From Nitrospinota bacterium (GTDB lineage: Bacteria; Nitrospinota_A; UBA7883; JACRLM01), in assembly GCA_015231995.1 (NCBI GenBank), contig JADGAO010000001.1, positions 1 through 52,612 on the forward strand: a DNA stretch of 52,612 nucleotides. The letters run 5' to 3'. The position numbers and the translations under genes are program-made. Each line of letters starts with the position of its first letter. The stretch's first letter is position 1. Shown piece after piece: positions 18,017 through 25,830 of this stretch. A model generated the notes under the pieces. The model made no database searches. It was given only the letters and a program-made list of their open reading frames with translations, and had not been told where the DNA came from.

Positions 18017-19005
18017 TTATCCTCCTCGATTATATCCGAACTCTTTGGCGCGAATCGCTTCTTCCACTGCTCCAGGCATTGCTCTGCGAGCTTCTTTGCG
18101 TCTCCACCAGGCTGGCTCAAAGCGATTCTTCGTAACACGTCGGTTCCAAAGTCTTCAATCTCCGCAAAGCTAATTCCTCTCAAACTTTGGGACAGACTGC
18201 GCGGCGATAGCCCTAAAGCATGGCCCGTGCGTTTCTCGAACCGCCTAAACCATTCCTCTATCTGGCCTTGCTTGGGAGGTGGTAATTCCAGGCGAATTTG
18301 AAATCGGCGCCATACCGCACGGTCGAGCAATTCCGGATGGTTGCTGGCCGCAACCACGACGACGTAACTTGGAAGAGCGTCAACCTGAAGCAGTAACGAG
18401 CTGACAACCCGCTTGATCTCTCCAGTTTCATGGATATCACCCCGCTCCTTGCCTACCACGTCGAATTCATCGAAGAACAAAACGCATTGCCGCGACCGGG
18501 CATGTTCAAAGACTTGCCCTATGCGTTGCGCGGTTTCTCCGAGATAGCTCCCGATGACCGCTTCATAGCGCACTACAAGCAATGGAGCATTTATAGCGTC
18601 GGCGATTGCCTCAGCCAAAGAGGTCTTTCCATTTCCAGGAGGCCCCGCCAACAGCACCCTGTTTCGAGGCTCCAGATTGTATGAACGGAGTAGATCAGCC
18701 CGATGTTGCTCTTCAACCAGTTCACGCACGGCCTTTTCCGCCTCTTGGGGCAGTATCAAGTCCTCAATGTGCCGTCCGGGGATCAGCTCGGCTACAAGCG
18801 GAACAGAAAGAGGCCGGGCCTGCGGCGCGAGAGTCCGGGAACGACCGTTATTGCCCTGAAGTTGGGCAATGAGCCGATCAGCTAAAATAGCGTGGTTTTT
18901 TGCCCTCTCATCGGAAGCCAGCGCTTCCACGGTCTTTTGAAACTGAGCCATGTCTCCTTTGGCTCCAGCTCTTACCAGATTCAGAATTAAGTCCGAACGT
19001 GCCAT
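18013..19005 (-). CDS. ietA: Classical-clade AAA+ ATPase, IetA-like
   Basis: 330 aa. Walker A LAGPPGNGKTSLA; Walker B VLFFDEFD; sensor/arginine-finger region ASNHPELLDRAVWRRF. Confidence 0.8.
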   Translation of the reverse strand: MARSDLILNLVRAGAKGDMAQFQKTVEALASDERAKNHAILADRLIAQLQGNNGRSRTLAPQARPLSVPLVAELIPGRHIEDLILPQEAEKAVRELVEEQHRADLLRSYNLEPRNRVLLAGPPGNGKTSLAEAIADAINAPLLVVRYEAVIGSYLGETAQRIGQVFEHARSRQCVLFFDEFDVVGKERGDIHETGEIKRVVSSLLLQVDALPSYVVVVAASNHPELLDRAVWRRFQIRLELPPPKQGQIEEWFRRFEKRTGHALGLSPRSLSQSLRGISFAEIEDFGTDVLRRIALSQPGGDAKKLAEQCLEQWKKRFAPKSSDIIEEDK

Positions 19006-19019
19006 TATAGTTTTCCTGG

Positions 19020-19142
19020 TTAAACTTCCTGCGCCGCCACTTCGCTGGTTTGGCGCACATCAATCCCCCCAATAGCGGCGGAAAGAATAATTATATTGGA
19101 ATCGTTTTCAGGTTCGTCCCCAATGAAAGCGATAATATTCAT
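19020..19142 (-). CDS. Possible 40-aa ORF coupling hsdS to ietA
   Basis: The ATG at 19142 overlaps the hsdS stop as ATGA. It encodes MNIIAFIGDEPENDSNIIILSAAIGGIDVRQTSEVAAQEV and stops 14 nt before the ietA ATG. It is below the ORF-track cutoff and rests on position only. Confidence 0.3.
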   Translation of the reverse strand: MNIIAFIGDEPENDSNIIILSAAIGGIDVRQTSEVAAQEV

Positions 19143-21115
19143 TTAACACCTCGCACACGTGTTAGGCGGCCTTTCCCTCTTGGCGTTAGCCCCTTATCTC
19201 TCATCCAGTTTAAGGCTCTCTGTAACCTGTCTTCATCAAATCTGTTTTTGCTTTCGTGCCAGTTCTCCCGCACTTCTTTAATTATGTCGTTATCCGAGAA
19301 TCTGGTTCCATTAAGTAGAAGATCGTTCCACGCGGCGAAAAGCGTTGCCACTATTTCCACTCGCTCTGTATTTAAACTGCGAAGCAACTCAATGATTGCA
19401 TATATCTGATCCCGCATATCAGCCCAATATCTGTCGAAGTATTTGGCATGTTTCCCAGCTTCAGCCAACGGAATGTAATATGTACGCTCCCCTTCTTTCT
19501 TCGCCTTATACCATTTGGCTTTTTCCATCTGACTTTCGATAGATCGCAACATCTGGTTGTCAAAAGGCCCTGCGGCTTGACGCTGAAAATTCCCGTCCAA
19601 ATCTATCCCAAGATGGTTTTCGTACAGATAAATGATTTTCTCGAATTTAACGCGCCCGAACGTGGGTTCTTTGTGAAGTTTATGAACAATCTCCGCCCCC
19701 AGTACGGCTCTTTTAAACTCCGGCGGAGCTTGGCGTTGCGCATGATGCTCAACTAGCTTTAGACCGCTTCGCACATCAATTTTCCCAGTTACCGCCGCAG
19801 AGATGATGGCGGAGCGGTATTCCTTCAGCTTTTCGATGGATTCTCGAACCTTCTCTATCAATCCATCAATCCGCGCCGTCTCCCGGTCAAGAAACGCGGC
19901 AATGGTGCGCTGTTCGACAAGGGGCGGAACTCCAATCATAAGATTTGCATACTTATCAGCACTAACGTTCTGAATCGTGGCTTGGATAAAACTGTTGTTG
20001 AGCCAGTTCCAATAGACGCTTGAACGGGCAAAGTAGGCGGCAAATTGAGCAAACATTTGTTTAGGGGAAAATCGAGCGCGAATTAGATAACCAGCATATG
20101 CCGCACGCCCCCATGACTCCCGGTAGAGAAAGGTCTTGCCGACCGTGGCACCGCTTCTCGCAAAAAGCAAATCACCTTCCTTAAGTAAATACGGTCGCGC
20201 AACATCCTCTTGAAGAGATTTGAGTGTGTCCTCGCGGAGCAGACCTTCTTCGTTTACATCAGTGATGCGAACATAGCGAGGCAAGTCCGGGTCATCCAGT
20301 TCTGCAACCTCATTCGCCCCATATTTCAGTGGTTCGACCAAGAGAAACTTCAAACGTTTCGTCTCCCAATGCTCCGGTATCTCGCCCAGCCATTCAACGC
20401 CGGATGGTTTCATCTTGGCGCTAGGGTTGAGGCCTTTGGTGACAGCGTGGCTGATGAGGGCTGTGCGCTTTTCCCTCAACAATTCAATCTGCCGCTCTTT
20501 CTTCTCTATCAACCCATCAATCCGCGCCGTCTCCCGGTCAAGAAACGCGGCAATGGCGTGTTGTTCGACGAGGGGAGGGACAAGAAAGATTGCGTTTTCT
20601 AATCCATATTTGCCCAAACCATATCGAGTAATTCCCGTAGCTTCTACTCGAAATTGGTCATTTATACCTCGCGCCACAAAAGCACGAAACAAATACCTCC
20701 CATCCATGCAATCAGAATGTGGGCGAATATGGGCGAGGTGATATCCGCAAAGCACGTTATCAAAATGCTCATCGACATAGGCTGGAACTGCAATGTCTGC
20801 CCATTCTTCAGAATCCTTTGTGATAAGCACGTCGCCTCTCTTGATCGTAAAACGACGTATTTCTTCTTTTGTTGCCGTTGCATTCATGAAGTCAATATCG
20901 GAGGTTATGCTGTCGTTGTAGTAAACGTCAACGTAGTTGCAAAGGCGCACTGGAAGCTCGCCTTCCAGTGTGTGCTTATTGACACTGCTGAAGTTGACAG
21001 TGGCAATACGTTTCAGCCTGAGCACTTTCCAATGCTCCGGTATCTCGCCTAGCCATTCGATGGATGACCGCCCACGCTTTAGATACTGCAATTTAGGCAT
21101 AAAAAGAGCGGCCAC
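19139..21115 (-). CDS. hsdS: Type I restriction specificity subunit with two TRDs and an extra C-terminal domain of about 208 aa
   Basis: 658 aa. Duplicated conserved regions: EWLGEIPEHW (x2) and PPLVEQ.(A/T)IAAFLDRETARIDGLIEK (x2). The canonical HsdS end AAVTGKIDV falls at residues 441-448, but the ORF runs on for another 208 residues (19139-19765). The start is uncertain (GTG 21115 or ATG 21100). Confidence 0.9.
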   Translation of the reverse strand: MAALFMPKLQYLKRGRSSIEWLGEIPEHWKVLRLKRIATVNFSSVNKHTLEGELPVRLCNYVDVYYNDSITSDIDFMNATATKEEIRRFTIKRGDVLITKDSEEWADIAVPAYVDEHFDNVLCGYHLAHIRPHSDCMDGRYLFRAFVARGINDQFRVEATGITRYGLGKYGLENAIFLVPPLVEQHAIAAFLDRETARIDGLIEKKERQIELLREKRTALISHAVTKGLNPSAKMKPSGVEWLGEIPEHWETKRLKFLLVEPLKYGANEVAELDDPDLPRYVRITDVNEEGLLREDTLKSLQEDVARPYLLKEGDLLFARSGATVGKTFLYRESWGRAAYAGYLIRARFSPKQMFAQFAAYFARSSVYWNWLNNSFIQATIQNVSADKYANLMIGVPPLVEQRTIAAFLDRETARIDGLIEKVRESIEKLKEYRSAIISAAVTGKIDVRSGLKLVEHHAQRQAPPEFKRAVLGAEIVHKLHKEPTFGRVKFEKIIYLYENHLGIDLDGNFQRQAAGPFDNQMLRSIESQMEKAKWYKAKKEGERTYYIPLAEAGKHAKYFDRYWADMRDQIYAIIELLRSLNTERVEIVATLFAAWNDLLLNGTRFSDNDIIKEVRENWHESKNRFDEDRLQRALNWMRDKGLTPRGKGRLTRVRGVK

Positions 21116-21148
21116 AAGATGTTCTACGTGTTTGACGCAAAGTTAGCA

Positions 21149-21253
21149 TCACTCCCCCTTCGTAATGGTCTCATTGGGTGGAGGAGGTGGAGGAGGAGGC
21201 TTTCCAGCCTGCCCAGCATCGTTGCCAGATTGATTTCCATTCTTATGTGTCAT
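21149..21253 (-). CDS. Small proline-rich ORF (34 aa)
   Basis: MTHKNGNQSGNDAGQAGKPPPPPPPPNETITKGE. AAGGAG lies 7 nt upstream of the ATG. It is a paralogue of the next small ORF (shared DAG..GK.PP.PPPN). Confidence 0.45.
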   Translation of the reverse strand: MTHKNGNQSGNDAGQAGKPPPPPPPPNETITKGE

Positions 21254-21336
21254 TTCCAGACTCCTTGAATCGTTAAAATCTAACGGAAGAAAGCTTATTT
21301 CCACGCCCCGATCATGACAGCCGAAGCAAGCGACCT

Positions 21337-21510
21337 TTATTTGGCTTTATCGCCAGAAACATCCTTAATGATCGTAATGTTGTCCGAATTCGGTTTTTCC
21401 ACATAAGTTGCCATCTTATTTGGAGGCGGGGAGGGTGGTGTCCCTTTCCCTGCATCCTTGGTTGACGCAGTGCTTGTTGGTGGTGTAGGTTTATTCTTTT
21501 CGTCGGTCAT
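21337..21510 (-). CDS. Small proline-rich ORF (57 aa)
   Basis: MTDEKNKPTPPTSTASTKDAGKGTPPSPPPNKMATYVEKPNSDNITIIKDVSGDKAK. Its ATG lies 2 nt after the stop of the upstream membrane-protein gene. An AGGGGA Shine-Dalgarno-like element is present. Confidence 0.45.
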   Translation of the reverse strand: MTDEKNKPTPPTSTASTKDAGKGTPPSPPPNKMATYVEKPNSDNITIIKDVSGDKAK

Positions 21511-21512
21511 AG

Positions 21513-22136
21513 TCATATCCCCTGAACTTTCATAATGAAATAAAAGAAGGCCTGCATAGCTATTGCAACAAGTGCTATACCAGATGCCAGTACAGAGTCC
21601 TGAAAAGCCTTCCTTCGTCTTTCGTTGATTTCCGCATTTCTTGGTTGAGCTTCAACTAAACGCTCACAGAGATTATGGAGCATCGCTACATCCGGATCAA
21701 CGCGGTTACTGGACTCGCTGTTTTCTTTGTTGTCCTTCAAATAATTCTGATAACCCTTCTGCCAATTATGCCAAACGTCCATATTGGCCAAGGTCTTATA
21801 TTGGCGCGGGTAAATGCAATAAAAGAGAGAAGCTACGCTAACAAGCAACAATACTATCGCAACCAGTGAGGAAAAGAGGTAGGTAAATTTAATAACTGAC
21901 ATACAGCAATCAGCGCTCATAAAACAAGATTTCACAATATCTATCCGCCCCAAAGCAACGATAACGCCGCCAAGCAGTGGAACGGCTACCAACATGACAC
22001 CGGATTTTTGGTATATTTTATCAGCCTCATCCATATCGCGTTTATACTGGTCGTAACATAAATCATAGAAGATTCTGCTCATTCCGTGATTTCTCCCAGC
22101 ATCATGACAATTTACTTCTTGCTTATTTTCCATCAT
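21513..22136 (-). CDS. Uncharacterised three-TM membrane protein (candidate defence effector)
   Basis: 207 aa. Hydrophobic helices GVMLVAVPLLGGVIVALG, FTYLFSSLVAIVLLLVSVASLFYCIY and SGIALVAIAMQAFFYFIM, with a soluble linker of about 70 aa. The layout recalls SLATT/DUF5706-type effectors; this is from memory, not a search. Confidence 0.6.
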   Translation of the reverse strand: MMENKQEVNCHDAGRNHGMSRIFYDLCYDQYKRDMDEADKIYQKSGVMLVAVPLLGGVIVALGRIDIVKSCFMSADCCMSVIKFTYLFSSLVAIVLLLVSVASLFYCIYPRQYKTLANMDVWHNWQKGYQNYLKDNKENSESSNRVDPDVAMLHNLCERLVEAQPRNAEINERRRKAFQDSVLASGIALVAIAMQAFFYFIMKVQGI

Positions 22137-22281
22137 CAGGTTCCCCGGCTTGGTTGTCCAGCGTCATTTGTGAACGGGCAATAGCCTCGCATTGAACAGG
22201 AGCAACAGAGCACTGCTCCCGTATCTCTCCCGCCCATTTAGCGCCGGAGAGATTATTGGCTGAATAGGATTTTCGGTTCAT
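22123..22281 (-). CDS. Possible 52-aa ORF coupled to the Abi gene
   Basis: The ATG at 22281 overlaps the Abi stop as ATGA (MNRKSYSANNLSGAKWAGEIREQCSVAPVQCEAIARSQMTLDNQAGEPDDGK). It overlaps the start of the membrane-protein gene by 14 nt. The listed ORF extends to 22314. Confidence 0.35.
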   Translation of the reverse strand: MNRKSYSANNLSGAKWAGEIREQCSVAPVQCEAIARSQMTLDNQAGEPDDGK

Positions 22282-23192
22282 GAAACATCGCTCCAGATGG
22301 GCAAGGATTCCCACTTATCAGGAAATCCCATGTCGGATGGATTCACTCTCTTGAAATCCCCAATAAACGTTTTAACCCGCTGTGGCCAAGTGGTGGATGG
22401 GCTGATAATCTTGAGCAGATAGGCAAGCATCGTCAGCGTGTTGTAAATCCTATATTTCGCATCCTCATGCCTATTGAAGCATCCGCTAATATCGTTTGGG
22501 TGGTCAGGGATTTTCATCGTTATTGTCAAATGGCGGTTCCATAGGCGGCCATGATGCGCCGAAATATTCCTGACGTGGTTAAGGTGGTGAACGAAGGAGT
22601 TGAGCGCCTTTTCGTCCAGGTTGTACGTCTTTGAAATGGCCTGCCTATCGCTTCGCTGACGAATGACTTGATACCACTTTGCCAAGTCCCCGAAAGAGAG
22701 AATCTCGAAAGCTGACCAGATTGGCGGAAAAGCAGGCTCGGTGTACTTATTCCGGTAGTGTTCTATAAAAGTCTCTTTGCTTTCTCCAAGGTTCGCTTTC
22801 AGTTGCTCGACGCACTTTGAGTAGGTTTCAGGTTTTTTAAAAATGGTTTGGTTTAGATACGCATGGCTTCCATGTTTGGCCGCCAGGTGATTAACGAGCA
22901 TTGAACGGAAAGAAACCTCGAACCGCTCCACGGCCTCAAGAACCAGCAAGCGAAGTTTTCTATCCAGTACGTACAATTCCACCACATCGTCAAATGTGGA
23001 GCCTTCCGCAAACCTGTGGTCATCTTCTTCGCCGGAAGGCATTTCCAAAGTAAACCAATAAATCCTGAGCCTATAGTAGTTAATGTGAGTAAGATATCTG
23101 TAGGCTTTGGGCCGATCCGGGACGTGAAGACCGCGCCGCATGAGGAGGTCTATTTGTTCATCTATTGACAGGGGAGGCTTAGAGTATTTCAC
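22278..23192 (-). CDS. Abi_2 family (AbiD/AbiF-like) abortive-infection protein
   Basis: 304 aa. The N-terminus KYSKPPLSIDEQIDLLMRRGLHVPDRPKAYRYLTHINYYRLRIYW is the hallmark Abi_2 opening. Downstream are ...NISAHHGRLWNR (HEPN-like R-x4-H-type context). GTG start. Confidence 0.85.
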   Translation of the reverse strand: MKYSKPPLSIDEQIDLLMRRGLHVPDRPKAYRYLTHINYYRLRIYWFTLEMPSGEEDDHRFAEGSTFDDVVELYVLDRKLRLLVLEAVERFEVSFRSMLVNHLAAKHGSHAYLNQTIFKKPETYSKCVEQLKANLGESKETFIEHYRNKYTEPAFPPIWSAFEILSFGDLAKWYQVIRQRSDRQAISKTYNLDEKALNSFVHHLNHVRNISAHHGRLWNRHLTITMKIPDHPNDISGCFNRHEDAKYRIYNTLTMLAYLLKIISPSTTWPQRVKTFIGDFKRVNPSDMGFPDKWESLPIWSDVS

Positions 23193-23526
23193 AAAGCCCC
23201 CTGAAAAAAATAAACCCGCCTGGGTGCGCTTTCCAGCGTGAGCCGGTAGAGGCGTGGCGGGTGTTTTTCTGTATCCTTAAGGTTAAGTTAACAATCATTT
23301 TGAGTTTAGTCAATAGGAAAGGAATCAGGGCGGCGAGATTCGTCCAGCTCAATTGTCGTATCAGTGATACGACAATCCGCTTGTCGGAAAATACTTCGGC
23401 GAACTTGAGCATATGGGCTAAGGCGGCGTAGCTAAATCCGGAGCCGTAGTTTTGAGTCAATTCTTGCGACGGCGTGGCAAGAATCTGATCTCCGTAATCG
23501 GCGGGTTTAATTGGTTTCTGGCTCAT
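23179..23526 (-). pseudogene. 5' remnant of a DUF1016/YhcG-like PD-(D/E)xK nuclease gene
   Basis: The first 68 codons or so (…ILATPSQELTQNYGSGFSYAALAHMLKFAEVFSDKRIVVSLIRQLSWTNLAALIP) resemble the N-terminal domain of YhcG/DUF1016 proteins, common passengers of type I R-M loci. After that the ORF becomes unrelated low-quality sequence and no nuclease core is present. Its start overlaps the hsdM stop by 4 nt. Confidence 0.55.
23204..23268. terminator. Bidirectional terminator-like structure between the DUF1016 remnant and the Abi gene
   Basis: A7 run (23204-23210); outer stem ACCCGCC (23214-23220) / GGCGGGT (23256-23262) enclosing an inner GCGCT-ttcc-AGCGT hairpin; then G plus a T5 run (23264-23268). 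The large internal loop makes function uncertain. Confidence 0.3.
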
Positions 23527-25535
23527 TCCGTCACCTCCGCCAGCATATCGGCGATTTCCTTTTCAATCCGTTTAAGGTCAGTTTCGATCTCCTTCAACGG
23601 GCGTGGCGGCGTGTACTTGTAGAAATAACGGTTGACGTTGATCTCGTAGCCCACCTTTGTTTTGGACTCATCCACCCAAGCATCTGGGACATGGGGGAGA
23701 ACTTCGCGCTTGATGTATTCACCCACGTTATCTTTTAGCGGTACGTTTTCATAGTCGCGCAGTTCTACGTCTGGTTCAGGGTTGCCGTCCCTGTCGGCGC
23801 AGATATCGGCGGTATCATCGCGTTCGGAAAGCGCCATGAGGATGGCCTTGAAAAGCGGCGCTGGAACTTTCAAATCCGCATTCTTGAGTGCCTCTTTCAT
23901 CGCTTCGGAAAATTTGTCCCGGTTTTTGACAATTTCCAGCGTTGATAGCCCCTCAAGCGCTCTGATAATCGCTTCCTGAAACTCCAGCCCCTCTTCGACC
24001 TCCTTCTCGGCGGCTTTGGTGTCCTTCCGCTTCTTGCTGGTAGCGAGGTTGACGAAGGGCGTGGCCTCCTTCAGCCGTGCTATGCGTTCCTTGTCTACAG
24101 CGAAATTGAGGCGCAGGGGTCGTTCGACTGTTAAGCGGCGATAACCAAAATCGGCGTTATCGAAAATGCGTACATGCTCACCGCTCCTAAAACTCCCATA
24201 AAGCCGTGTAATGTCGTCACGCTGGCCATCGCAGATTTCGTTACGTTTATTGCCGAGGGACTTTCGCATTTTCTTGAAGAAACTCGTCCCGTCTACAAGC
24301 TGAATCTTGCCCCTGCGGTTCCGCTCTTTTCGGTTTGTGACGATCCAAAGGTATGTGTAGATACCAGTGTTGTAGAAAAGCTGGTCAGGTAGGGCAACTA
24401 TGGCCTCCAACCAATCGTTTTCGATAATCCAGCGCCGGATTTCGCTTTCGCCAGAACCGGCGGAGCCTGTGAAAAGCGGAGAGCCGTTGAAAACGATGCC
24501 GAGCCGAGTTCCACCCTCCTTCGGGTCTTTCATCTTGCTTATCATGTGCAGGAGGAAAAGAAGCGATCCGTCGTTGATCCGTGGAAGCCCGGCTCCGAAC
24601 CTGCCGCCGAAACCCTGTTCTTCATGCTCCCTCGCGATAAGATCGGCTTCAGGTTTCCACTCCACCCCAAAGGGAGGATTGGCCAGCATGTAATCAAACT
24701 TGTGATGTGGAAAATGGTCGTCTGTGAAGCTGTTGCCGAAGGCTATATGCTCGATGTCCTGCCCTTTTATCATCATGTCAGACCCGCAGATGGCGTGGGC
24801 CTGGGCGTTATAGTCCTGGCCAAAGACTTCTAGGCGGGCGTCGGGATTAAGCTCGCGCATGTACCCCTCGGCAACTGACAGCATACCCCCCGTTCCGCAC
24901 GCCGGATCGTAGAGGGTCTTGACGATCCCTTTAGTGGTGAGAATATCGCCATCGGGCATGAAGAGAAGGTTCACCATGAGGCGAATGACCTCACGCGGGG
25001 TGAAGTGGTCGCCAGCCTCTTCGTTGGACGCTTCGTTGAATCTCCTGATGAGTTCCTCGAAGATGTAGCCCATTTCGATGTTTGATACCGCGTTTGGGTG
25101 GAGGTCAATTTCACAAAACTTCGATACCACTAGATACAGGCGGTCTGCCTTGTCGAGTTTGGCGATGTGTTCCTCAAAACCGAAGTGTTCGACAATTTCA
25201 CGGGCGCGGGCGGAGAAGCCCTTGATGTAGTTGGTCAGGTTCGCGGCAATATTGTTGGGATCGCCTTTAAGTTTCTCGAAGGTGAAGCGACTGGTGTTGT
25301 AGAACGGCACACCCGTGGCGCGGCATAGAATGGGATCAACGTTCTTGACTTTTCCGCCAGCCAGTTTCTTCTGTTGTTCAAGCGCCTTTTCCTTTGTGGG
25401 TTCCAGAACACAGTCCAGCCGTCTAAGAACTGTCATGGGTAACATGATATCCTTGAACTGGTTCGGGCGATATGGCCCGCGCAGTAGATCAGCAACCGAC
25501 CAGATAAAGCTAACCTTTGCGCCGAAATTATTCAT
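23523..25535 (-). CDS. hsdM: Type I restriction-modification N6-adenine DNA methyltransferase subunit
   Basis: HsdM_N-like N-terminus (FIWSVADLLRGPY). SAM motif I LYDPACGTGGML; motif IV MLANPPFG. The ORF is open to 25607, but the ATG at 25535 (MNNFGAKV...) has AGAGG 5 nt upstream and matches typical HsdM N-termini. Confidence 0.93.
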   Translation of the reverse strand: MNNFGAKVSFIWSVADLLRGPYRPNQFKDIMLPMTVLRRLDCVLEPTKEKALEQQKKLAGGKVKNVDPILCRATGVPFYNTSRFTFEKLKGDPNNIAANLTNYIKGFSARAREIVEHFGFEEHIAKLDKADRLYLVVSKFCEIDLHPNAVSNIEMGYIFEELIRRFNEASNEEAGDHFTPREVIRLMVNLLFMPDGDILTTKGIVKTLYDPACGTGGMLSVAEGYMRELNPDARLEVFGQDYNAQAHAICGSDMMIKGQDIEHIAFGNSFTDDHFPHHKFDYMLANPPFGVEWKPEADLIAREHEEQGFGGRFGAGLPRINDGSLLFLLHMISKMKDPKEGGTRLGIVFNGSPLFTGSAGSGESEIRRWIIENDWLEAIVALPDQLFYNTGIYTYLWIVTNRKERNRRGKIQLVDGTSFFKKMRKSLGNKRNEICDGQRDDITRLYGSFRSGEHVRIFDNADFGYRRLTVERPLRLNFAVDKERIARLKEATPFVNLATSKKRKDTKAAEKEVEEGLEFQEAIIRALEGLSTLEIVKNRDKFSEAMKEALKNADLKVPAPLFKAILMALSERDDTADICADRDGNPEPDVELRDYENVPLKDNVGEYIKREVLPHVPDAWVDESKTKVGYEINVNRYFYKYTPPRPLKEIETDLKRIEKEIADMLAEVTE

Positions 25536-25754
25536 AAAACCTCTACTGTCGCGGATTCGCAGGATCACCAAGTCATTGCGCGAAGATAACCTCCCACACG
25601 CAATCATCTTTTCTCAACAGGAGTCGAACTAACCGTTGGCCAATTTTACGGGTTTTGAAAACCCTTTCCCTCATTGGCTAATGGTTGTATAGCTTACGTC
25701 GAACTCCCCTTAAGATACCCATGCTATTATGGCGCATTTTACGCCATTACCGCG

Positions 25755-25774
25755 AAAAAACTCCCATTGGGAAG
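25755..25774 (-). terminator. Weak intrinsic terminator candidate after the giant gene
   Basis: Minus strand reads CUUCC-CAAU-GGGAG (5-bp stem including one G.U) followed by UUUUUU, about 55 nt downstream of the stop at 25831. The stem is short. Confidence 0.35.
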
Positions 25775-25830
25775 TATAATGAGTGGAATCATGGCGAAAT
25801 GTTTTTCCCTTCAAGCATCCAACCAGTAAC

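Noticed and set aside
15434-19005. ATPase plus protease pair as BREX BrxL/Lon or as a CBASS/other system component
   Set aside because: No PglZ, BrxC, PglX, cyclase or other partner genes are present. The protease is an S8 subtilase rather than Lon. The two-gene IetAS-like interpretation is simpler.
25608-25830. Dedicated promoter for the hsdM defence operon
   Set aside because: I scanned the minus strand of the 300-bp gap. There are only poor -35/-10 pairs (e.g. TTCGCG-19nt-CATAAT) and short palindromes (GGGTTTTGAAAACCC, TTGGCCAA). Nothing is convincing without transcript data.
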